A stretch of 64,000 nt of DNA from the human T2T-CHM13v2.0 reference genome, Homo sapiens, in assembly GCF_009914755.1 (NCBI RefSeq), contig NC_060935.1. One strand, given 5' to 3'. The first letter of the stretch is position 1, and every line of letters begins with the position of its first letter. Shown in pieces: positions 52,701-64,000 of the stretch. A program made the translations under genes and the position numbers. A model generated the notes under the pieces. It did no database searches, was not told the DNA's origin, and saw nothing but the letters and a program-made list of their open reading frames with translations.

Positions 52701-54222
52701 ATGTCATCCTGACCCTTGGTCCCAAACTGTTGGTATCTGATTATCTAGTTCTCAGGGTGAATTTGGATATTTGTAGACTTGAAGGCCCAAATAGACAAGT
52801 GGACACTCCATGTTAATCATAGCCCAACTTATCCTAGAAAGAAAATTAAGTTTAATTAAGTTCCTCAATATATTTCACCTAAGATGCAAGAACAAATAAA
52901 CCCTGAAAAATATTTTTTATAGTGAAGCCCTTGCTCAGAGAAAAAACAGAACAAAACCTCAAGAACTGTGATTAATTATACTAAAGGATATTTTCAGGCA
53001 TGGACTTGTCTTGAAAACGTGCTGTTGGGCCTAATTGTATTTACAGTTCACACTCATATATAGAGCACTGGTAGACCAGTCAGTGAGTGAATGATTATAG
53101 TCCTATTTTTGGCTTGAACATTCATCAATGTGTGAGTGTTGGCAGGAAAGCCACTAAACTTTTCACAGTATGTCTTCTCATTGTAAAATGGAAATATTAA
53201 TTCCTGCCATTATTGTGGTATGGTTATGAAGAACAAACAAAACACAGCCAAATGATGCTATAAATCTGTTTTGAGATTATCCCTGGCACATTTACCTAGT
53301 AAAATTTTGCATTCATTTTGCATAGTAAAATGAATAGTTGTTATTTTAAAAGAGGGTAAAAAAAATAAGCTAAGTAATTCAAGAATCTAAAAACAACTAT
53401 AAAATAAGCAATACATTAAACAAATATTAAAATTACTTAACCAAAAAGAAAGCTATTTTGTTTAAAAGATTAGTAGAATTAAGACGAGATTTTAAATGTC
53501 TCTTTCTACTGAGGTTAATGCTAAAAAATTGTATCTTTGAGTTTTTTTTTCTTTTTTTAGAAAATGATAGTGGAAAAATTTTTATCAGAAGAAAGCTTAA
53601 AAGCATAGGTAAAATTAGCCTTTTTTTCTAGAGAAAATATAAGTATCAAAAATGACAGAAGGAATAGATCAATTAAATACTGTAAAGAGTATATAGCTAA
53701 AAATAATCAATTCCCAATGTCTCAAAATTCACCTTATAGTACTAATTATAACTGTGGCCAAATCTCCAAGGTACAGATAATGCTTATATATTATGACCTT
53801 TCCAGACACTATAAAAAGAGGACAACCTGTCAAGAAAGTTTATTACTATCTTTGGTTTTTCATGTTATGATTGTTTATCTGCTAAGAAATTATTGGAACT
53901 GTTATTACAGTTTGTTATTAATGCCAAAAATTAGATCGATATGCAAAGGCCAATGGAAGAAATAGTTAGCAACAATAAGAGAAAAAAGTATATAGAGAAA
54001 AAATATCTAAAATATCAGAAAAACCTTTATGATATCAAAGAATGTAATAAAAGTAAAACCATTATAGAATAATAATTTTTAAAATATTTGTGAAAGATAT
54101 GTATGAATACCAAAACAGGTGGTAAAAATCTTGTTATGGATAAGAAAATTCACGGCCATAAAGCTGTCAATTTTTTTCAAAATTAAAGGGCAACCTCCCT
54201 CTAGGATTTTTAATGTACATAC

Positions 54223-54276
54223 TAACTTGGTGCAAAAGTCATTGCAGTTTTTGCCATTACTTTAATAGCAAAAACT
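54223..54276. mobile_element. MADE1 (Hsmar1 MITE), right TIR truncated
   Basis: ttggtgcaaaagtcattgcagtttttgccattactttaatagcaaaaac matches the recalled MADE1 palindrome. Confidence 0.85.
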
Positions 54277-54414
54277 AAAAATAACCAAAATGTCTGGTAG
54301 GGGGTCTGCCTGAGCAAGTATTAAAACATAAGTAACAATAATTAAAGCAGCATTATATTGGCACAGAAATAGGTATGAAGGAATTAAGAGCTGAGGTAGA
54401 GTCTCAAGTTTATA

Positions 54415-55265
54415 CATAATTTTTTATTGTTGAACAATTCTATGGAGATAAGTTTTGCATACAAAAATTTCATGTTTAAAGAAATAATTTGGTGTTTTGA
54501 GATATGTATTTATGCATGTTAAAAAATTGATCACTCACAAAAATTTCCTCCACTTTGTACTCTCTTTCTTAGAGTCCTTCCCATTCTAGGAAGCCAATGA
54601 TTGTCTTTCTATCATTAGAGACTAGTTTGCATTTTTAAGCATTTTATATGAATGGAGTAATACAATGCATACTCTCATTTTGTCTGGCTTATTTCACTCA
54701 GTGTAAGAGATGTCTCAAACCTGTTGCCAACAGTTTTGCATCAATAGTTAATTCTTTTCATTGCTGAGTAGTATTCCATTGTATAGATGTATCATAATTT
54801 ATCTGCTTACACACTGATGGACATTTGGATTCTTTCCAGTTTTTGGCTATTATCATAAAAGTTTCTTGAAGAATTTTATAAAAGTCTTGGTATGAATATT
54901 TTCATTCATTTCTGCTGGGTACAAACTTAGGAGTGGAGTGTCTGGAACATATGGTAGATGCATGTTTAACATTTTAAGAAACTGCCAAATCATTTTCCAA
55001 AATACATGTATTACTAGGATAAGTTAGAGTGAATTATCTCCATACCCTCTTGAAATAGGTTGACCATGTCAATCTATTTTTATGTAGTCATTATACTGAG
55101 TGTGCAGTGGTATGGCCATGTCAATCTATTTTTATGTAGTCATTATACTGAGTGTGCAGTGGTATGGCCATGTCAATCTATTTTTATGTAGTCATTATAC
55201 TGAGTGTGCAGTGGTACCTAATTTTGGTTTCAGCGACTAAGGGGTTGAGCATCTTTTCCATATAT
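54415..55265 (-). mobile_element. Old L1M 3' end
   Basis: 'ttgctgagtagtattccattgtatagatgta', 'gatggacatttggattctttccagtttttggctatt', 'taagaaactgccaaa'. Confidence 0.85.
55064..55216. repeat. 52-bp minisatellite, about 3 identical copies
   Basis: ccatgtcaatctatttttatgtagtcattatactgagtgtgcagtggta starts at 55064, 55116 and 55168. Confidence 0.97.
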
Positions 55266-55339
55266 ATAAAATATAATGTTTCTGTATATTATATATTTTC
55301 TTACTGTTGTGGTTTTTAAAAAAATTTTCTTGAAAATGT

Positions 55340-56160
55340 TTTCCAAAGAGCAGATGAAAGCTTCTAATATGAAAGATAGGGATCAAAACATATAAATGTT
55401 AAAGTGACTTGAGAGAACAGAAATCAATGTAGGCAGATGAAAATTTAAAAAAAAGGTCATTAATATTCTCACAGCAATGAGAAGATAGTGTATTCATGTA
55501 AAAAAGAATATGATGCCAGAGAAAATAAATATTCAGAGAACAAACAATAACTCATAATTTATAAACATAATAGGTGAAAACAGTTATTAAAAATAGAAGT
55601 ATTAGAAAATAAATTTGAGAAAATATCCCAGAATCAATAGAGAAATGGGAAATAGGAGTGAAAAAATTAAGAAAATTAGTGTATCAATACAGGTGGTTCA
55701 AGATCTATACGATAGGAATTCCAGAAAGAGGGGACAGAAAGAACAAGAGGATACAAAATAAAGAACAAAATAATTCAAGAATATTTCCCAGAACTGAGTG
55801 ACTTAAAAGACACACTGAGGACATACCAATCTCAATGGATGAAAACAGGTGCACACCAAGGCCTATCATTGTGAAATTTCTACACACTAGGAACAGAGGA
55901 AATGTTACAAGCTTTCAGAGGGAGAAAGAGAGAGACATCAAAATTCTGAAGTAAAAATATTTCCAATTCTATATCCAGGCAGAGAAAGCAATAAAGAATA
56001 GAATAAAGACGTTTGCAGGAATCCAACCTCCCCACCCTGCAATAAAGTGCCATCTCTGCAAATGATAAAAGAAACCTATAAAAAGGATGTTAGGTGATAA
56101 ATATAACTGGAGATTCAATACAGGAGCGCTTAATGAGACATCTTAGAATGACAATGGTGC
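55340..56160 (+). mobile_element. Old L1M ORF1-region fragment
   Basis: 'ataggaattccagaaagagg', 'aataattcaagaatatttcccagaactga', 'caccaaggcctatcattgtgaaattt'. Confidence 0.65.
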
Positions 56161-59030
56161 ACATCAGGGCAGAGCAACTGCAGAAACACCAACACATACT
56201 GAGGGCTGTCATCACTCATAATGTTTTGTAAACCTGATGATAAAATATCAAGGTGATCCTCGCCCAGATACCTTATCAATACTCAGCTTGTCTTCACCAT
56301 GTGTGCATGGAGTTCCTGCTCTCTACTCTAGGCTTTTCTGCTTGGACCAATTGTGAAGACTCCTTCTAAAGGAGATTTCATCTTTATTTTCCTATCAGTT
56401 TTTGAAGATAGGCCATAGAAAGATTAGAAGTGGAAAACACCAAGCAGCAACGTCTTCTCAATTTTCTTCCCAGGGTCTATTACTTGGCTTGCACCCTTGA
56501 CCTGACCACAGTGAGCCCCATGTTTCCAGGCCTCCCTCGGACCTTACCTCTTCTAGGAGATTTTACAAATTACCAGGGAATTGTAGCCAGATTCTGACCT
56601 GGGCTCTCTTCTCAGGGCCTTCATCTAACAATAGTAATCCTGCCCTTTGATTGTACAGCCATATTAGTGACTCCTACATAACACTAATTATCTGAAATAT
56701 TCGTTTATTTCTAAATGGTTGTTAAAAAATATTAAATTTAGTAAAATAAATATAAATATGCCAAAATAATAAATTTATTTCTTACAAATAAAATTTTATC
56801 CATTTCAGGTTGAAGATACGTATTTTTTAACTTTTAAAAAGTTTTTATATAAATTTTTATCAAAATATCAAGAACGAGAAAATATATATGCATATACTTT
56901 ATGAGCTATAAAGTGGTTTTTAAATGTAAAGTGTATATTACTATGCATACATCTTCCAGACACCAATGAGTCTAAGCTTCTAATATTGACTAGTTATAGC
57001 CTGTTCGTTCCAATTTTCATATAATATTTCTATAGATCTGGCTAGTTGTGGTAATAGGTGGTTACCTATTTTGATGTAATCTTTAAGTATAAACATATAT
57101 TTCAAATGAAAAATACTTCCAATCAAAAATTCACTATCCACTGAAATGTTAGTTCTACCTTTCAATCAACCCCCCCCCTTTGATTATGGTTCCCCATGCT
57201 TAATAGTCACTGCTAAAATTGAGGATATTTCTTAGGAAAAGCAATACTTGCATTGGGGCAAGACAGGAAACGTGTGTGAAGCTGTGGGCAGAAGTATTAG
57301 AGGATAGTGGGAAATGTAGTGAACTTGACAGTGTGTTCTCTGCCTATCAAATTTATTTATTTCTAACAGTCCAGAGTCAAGCCAGACAACTTCCAGTGTT
57401 TGGCCCGTGAGTCACCATTTTGGAATATTGTTTTAGCTGAACCTATAAACCATCTTTAAATAGTACCTTGTGATAAAGTGAGATAGGAAAAGTAAACTCT
57501 GATGAAGAACTGACTGGAAAGAAAAACAGATTTACTCTCTAGAGCAAGGAGCCCAATATTCCTTGGTTTCCACCAATGCCATCAAAGTACTTTGCTTCCA
57601 GAGGCAGCATGAGTCCTCTGAGGCTTCTCTGATGGGCAGAACTGAGTTCATTACCTTGCATAGAAAGGAGTATAGACCTGTCCCATAGCTACCTCTGTAT
57701 CTCTTTCACAGATTGTTTTAAAAGTAGTAGGTGTTGCACTTTTTTACTGTCTTCTTAAGCATCTCACACACGATTATGCGTAAGACAATACTGAGGAATT
57801 GTTTCTTGAAATGGATTGAATTTGCCATTTTTATCTCAGGTAAGACCAAATTTTAACTTCTGGCCTTTAACATTGACATTGTTCATAGCAAGTAGAGAAG
57901 ATAAAGAAGCTCAGAAACCTGCTGAATATTAGCAGCATTCTTTCTGGAATCCTGTTAAGAACAATGCCAAGTTATTGTGAAATTTGAAGGTTTTGTAACT
58001 ATTATTATCACTTTGTTTAGCATTTGAATCAAAGTTTTTAGATCGGCAAAAATGTATTATTTTCTTATATAATTTCATCAATTAAATTTGGGATGTCAAC
58101 AAATATTTGCCAATCTGTGTAGGCTACTGCCTATATGGAAAATATTGAACTATATGCCATTTTTTTAATTCTAAAGAGCTCTTGTCTACATTTTTGAATA
58201 CCTAAATAGTTATTAAAAGCAGCCCTTTGAGAAAAGTGTCTTCACATTAGTGTTGAAGGACCTAACCTTTAGGGTATCTTATTTCCAACACAACTAAAAA
58301 TTGACAGAGCCAGCACTTGAACCGAAATGTTCTGACTCCAAATCCAATGCTCTTTCTGCTATACTCTGCTTTCATTTCTTGCAGCAATACATCTGCCAGT
58401 GAAGAAAGTTCCTGTCTACCACTGAGCTGGTGAATATCACTTAATTAATTTATTTACTTATTCACTAAAAAATATTTGTTTAGCCCCTGTTGTAGTTCAG
58501 GTGTTAAATAGGACCAATTTGGTGCCTGCATGACATTTGCTCTCTGACAGAGGCAAAATACATGAAATTAAAAAGTTATATCAAGAATTAGTTAACCACA
58601 ATTTGAATAAATTGTTCAAAACCAGAAATGTAGAATTCAGCAGTATATGAAAAAAGGAAGTTAATTTGTTTTAGGATAATAAGATTACTCAAGGAACATT
58701 TAAGACCTTAATGACAAGTAGGTAGTTTCCAAGAAGTGGTGATGGAGAGCAACAATCTTCTCAGGAAGAAAGAAGACCTTACACAAGAGCTCTAGACACT
58801 ACAGGGGAAGTACATTAGAGAAGAAAATGAAGTCAAGTGCTGTTAGACTATAATGAAAGAAGGGCGAGGTCATGCTTTTGGATGAAGAAAAGCTCTGCTC
58901 CACTTTCAGCTTCCGAAAAGCCACTCTTATCTCCATGATGTAGACCTGCTTCCTGGTACACCGGAGCGGTGATTACCTGGAGCAGCTCTTTCCCCTCAAT
59001 GTTGAGAGGCATTTTAAGTTTCATATATAG

Positions 59031-59341
<311 letters not shown>

Positions 59342-61065
59342 TCATATGTAATTCACATCTTGCCATTGCAAACATTGCTGTATAGATGCCTATTGTGGTG
59401 CCCAGAGATAGAGAATGGGAACAGATAAGTAAACTAACTGTAGAACTTGGGAGCACTGTGTGAAGACTTAATTTCTTCTAGATTTCCATAGAGAGAAGGT
59501 TCAAAAATGGAAGAAAAATGTAGCTACTGTGAAAAATAAGTAAAAAAAAAAGATACACATGTTTTAAATTAGAATGTCTTTAAACAATTCACTTTATAAT
59601 CTAGCCAAGTGCTAAAGTCCCAGCAATTCCAATGATCAGGGACTTGCAAAGATGCCAGCTGTTGAGGGGAAAAAAAGTACTTTTTGTCCTGTTTTCTCTT
59701 ACAGTAAAACATTGGGCCTTAGCTGTTATGCATAGTTCTCCATGAGTTTCCTCTATATTTGGGGGCCAGAAGACTTTGACCTTATTTAAGTTACTTTTTA
59801 TTGACATTGTCTATTCTCTGAAGTCTAAAGTCTGTGACTTTCTATATTTAGCATTTATTCTCTTCATTATTAGAAATTCTAGAAAGACATGACAATTTTC
59901 TTCCAAGAATCACATTTCTCTAACCAGCTGTCTTTTTTCCTTCTTGTTCAGGACTAATTTCAGTGAAATAATTGTATGCATATATTCATATACCTTTACA
60001 CTGCAGTCATTGTCATAATTCCACAAAAGAACTATTTATAGACTAACTATGTAAAATTATTGGTGATGAAAGTGTTAGCTTGGCAAAGGCTACTACCTGA
60101 CAAATGATTACATATTCACCTATTAATTGGATAAGAAAGTGGCATATGCTAGTACCTATTAATAGCAACATCTGCATTTCTACCACTACAATGTTAAGCA
60201 CTTATTCTGGAATAGAAAAACAAATTCTTTGAAATAATTTGTGAGTGAATATTGCATATAACATATCCATCTGGCCCATTAGAAACTGACACAAAACTAG
60301 AGAAAGCTAATACTACCAGACTTCAGCATAAACCATTCACATCTACTACATAGTATCAAAGGCCAAAAAGATAAGTGATTGATTAGTTCATATTTACATG
60401 AGTAGAATAATCCCCCTACACTGTCAGCATTTTTATGCTAACTTTTGCACTTCAGGATGTATTTTCTGACTTGCTATCTATGACATTAACTCTGATATGG
60501 ATTTTCTATTATTAGGGTTAGTTTTGAACTTATTCATTTATAACCACTTCCCAGCCTCTGTCATGATAACCCAACATTTATGGAACCCTTGCTATGTGCT
60601 GTACAAGTATTTTCCAAAGTGTAGCACTTTTATCTCAAGTAGTATGCTATTTGGTTTTAGGTAACAAACCTAAAAAAATGATTTAAAGTATATTAGAAAA
60701 TATACTGGCATTATGAGTTCAGAACTTAATGCTATGATAAATAGAAATTTTAGAAGATAAGTGAAATGAAAAGACAATATTATAAATGATATGTATTTGA
60801 CAATGGTTGTATTGTGCTCTTCCATCAAGAAGAATAAAATGAATACTCTCTTTTAATGATGTTAGAACCTGTGAATCCTTAACAACTAGATCCATTAATT
60901 CAGGAAAGTTTTGTTAATATATAGGTTTTGGTGTTTATTCTGATCCTTCAGGTTTTTTCTTTGAAGACAGATGGTGAATCTTCATCATCTATCTTCAATA
61001 TTTGTCATTTTCTTTTTGTCTTTTTTTTCCTTTTTTATTTTTTTCTCCTGATTTTTGTAAGGCAT

Positions 61066-61612
61066 TATGATAGGCAGCCTCTAAGATGATTCCCAGTGAT
61101 CCTCCCCTTTGGGTATTCAGATGTCTCTGTAATCCCATTGCGTTGAGTATAGGCTGGACCTAGTGACTCACTTCCAGTAAACAGAATGCACCAAAAACAA
61201 TGGATGCCACTCCTGAGATTAAGTAACAAAAAGACTGCTTTCCACTTTCATCGCCTTCTCTTGCTCTCTCATTTGTTCACAAGGAGAGGCCCACCTACCA
61301 AGGAATCCATGTATCTGGCCAACAGCCAAAGAGAACCTGAGGCCTCCGATAGAATAAATAAGCTTAGAGTGAAAGACTGAATTAATGAATATTCATTGGA
61401 TTCATTGAATAAGCTTAGAAGCTTACCCTCCCCACAATGAGCCTTGAGATGACTTCAGCTAGGTTATTATCATCTTGATTTAAGTCTTGTGAGACATCCT
61501 GTGCACCATTTAAACTATGCACAGTTTTTGACTTGCAAGCATGTTAATGTTTTTTGTTTCATTCGAATACATTTTGGGGTGATTTGTTACATTCATCAAA
61601 AGACGATTAATG
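61066..61612 (+). mobile_element. MaLR LTR (MLT1F-like)
   Basis: 'ggcagcctctaagatgattcccagtgatcct', 'ggctggacctagtgactcacttc', 'gagccttgagatgact', 'ttttggggtgatttgttac'. Confidence 0.8.
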
Positions 61613-61952
61613 AGCATTATTACTGTGTTCATTTAATCTTAGGTTTCTTATACATTCAGTATTAATTTATGAAATTATTTTTTACATTTCTAGTTCTTTC
61701 CACATGTCTGACCAAATCATATCCAAGTTTTTACAATTATGATTGATATTGTTCTTTTATGTTATATAATTTCCTCAGTGTCTTTTTAGAGCAGGTTACA
61801 GTTTTTATCTGTTTCATAGTCATGACTTTCTTCATGCTTCCTGTAAAGATATTTTGTTCCTTATTCTCTCTTTTTATGTTAAACTTACTATTTAGCTTAT
61901 AGACATTTTCATGTGAAATTAGTTTTCCTGAACTTTTTAAAAGCAAATTTAA

Positions 61953-62276
<324 letters not shown>

Positions 62277-64000
62277 TTAAGGTAGCTTTTCTATGTTCAT
62301 AAAGATTAATCTTCTTTTGTTTTCATGTAGTTAAAAAATACAGCAGCTTGTTTTCTAAGCTTCTTGCCTCTGTTCTCTCTCCATCTGTACCTTCTCTTTT
62401 CTGTATCTCTATTGTCCCTCCTGCTTAGTATTTATTCTACATCCAGCAGCTTATCTGAGTACCATGTCTTAGCAGGGAGTCCCATGTGGTCAAGTTTTGA
62501 GAGTTCCCAAACCGTAGACTGACTGAGCCCTGCCAGTACTTGCTGAAGGCCCCATGTACTTACTGGCTGTGGGACTAAGTAAAACCTCTTCATTTTCAGT
62601 GGCCATTTGCAAACTAGCCCACCAAATATTCTAGTAAATCCCTATTGGCTATTTTAGGGGTTCTCTTGTTTTTAGGTCCATAGTATTCCCCATTGAACTC
62701 TTCTACTTTCTGATACCAAACGTTTTGTAACTATTGGTGGCTTGTCCTTATGACTTGTATCTTAAGGTTTATGGGAATAACTTGTAGCTAGATTTGCCAT
62801 AAGTGTCAATGGCTTTTTGACTTTGCCATCTAGCTCCTTTTTTTCTGTATTTATGCAGGAGTTCAAGAAATTCAAAAATGATGCCCTATCACTGCTGCCA
62901 TCTTCCCACAATCTGCACAGATGGTGTTTTCAAACCCCATCTGCTATATCTCCTTGTGACCAAGCATATACTGAAAGAGGTAAGTGAGGGGTAGGGCAAA
63001 ATGGAAGGAAGGTAAGTTTGTTACAGTGAGAAAATATATCTTTTTCTTATTTCTGTAAAATGTAGTATATATAACTAATAACAATTAGCTATAAAATGCC
63101 TCTTCTCTTAGCCCCTCTGCTTATATTCTCCATGGCCTTCTTACTGCTCTGTAAACAGGCTCTATCTTTCAAATGAGTCTATTGAGAATAAAATGTTAAT
63201 TTGTTTGTTTAGGGACACAGATTTCAAGAATGTCATGGATATATATATATGTCCTTTTATTGCAGATGAGGGACCACCTAAGTCCTGATAGAAAAATCCA
63301 GGTTCCTACATGCTAATTCCATTAATATAGATGAAATAGGTCTAAAACTCAGAAATTACCATCTAAAAATAGAAAGCAGAGCTGAACTGGTTTTTCTCTT
63401 CTTATTCACTGATATGAGATTATTTTAATGAGTTAGTAATGGTATTCAATAGTTAGATGCTGTGCTACATTTTCTTAGGCACCATTCTTTATGATAAAGT
63501 GGCTGAGAAATGGATACAATACTCAATTACCAAAGTCAAGATGCATAATTAAGAGCCCTCTAGGGAGCTGACCATAGCCCTGGAAAAGACTGACTTCCTT
63601 GTCTTCCTGTACTTATGAGCTGCTGTTTGAATATAAAATCTGCTTTGTGAATTCCTTAAGAGCTAGTAGGAATGAAAAGAAGAAAATTTGTTCCAATGAA
63701 AATGAAATGGACATGCTTTAAGACCAGTTCTACTTTGGTGAATGTACATATAAGAAAAATAAGGCTATGAGCAACACAATGCTTAGAGTTCAAATAATAA
63801 TCTAGATTGATAAGCATTTTCATCTAAAATGCTCCTTGACAATCACATGTATGTTACAAATAGCTTTTATTTTTTAAAACAACATGGGCTTAGAAGTCAG
63901 GAAAATTTAAATACATGTTTATTTTCTTTGTATTATACAAGTATGTGTATGTGTGGGCACATACACACAAACACACATATAGGCATATATATCTTTATCC

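Noticed and set aside
55064-55216. Regularly spaced repeats as a CRISPR-like array
   Set aside because: Head-to-tail identical units without spacers, in eukaryotic L1 sequence

Overview
Primate (human-like) AT-rich, repeat-dense DNA with no recognisable host protein-coding exon. The main feature is a full-length but defective class I (gammaretrovirus-like) provirus at 17405-26886. It has two ~630-bp LTRs, a GCAT 4-bp target-site duplication, a tRNA-Pro-type PBS, and gag-pro-pol-env, with an Env closely resembling ERV3-1 (HERV3/HERV1 group). The rest is Alus (J, S, Y; several with TSDs), old L1M/L2/MIR fragments, a solo LTR8, MaLR/ERVL LTRs, hAT (MER30, MER1B) and mariner (MADE1) MITEs, and microsatellites. 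Most interesting observations: (1) an intact 40-codon transmembrane micro-ORF directly upstream of env, in a Vpu-like position; (2) a 77-bp polyadenylated ERV9/LTR12 RNA 3' end retroposed into the linker of an AluJ with its own TSD; (3) a multi-segment templated duplication at 8119-8411; (4) several template-switch scars in the provirus; (5) complementary loss of promoter and polyA signals between the two LTRs. Repeat family names are from recall of consensus sequences, not a database search; boundaries of old repeats are approximate.
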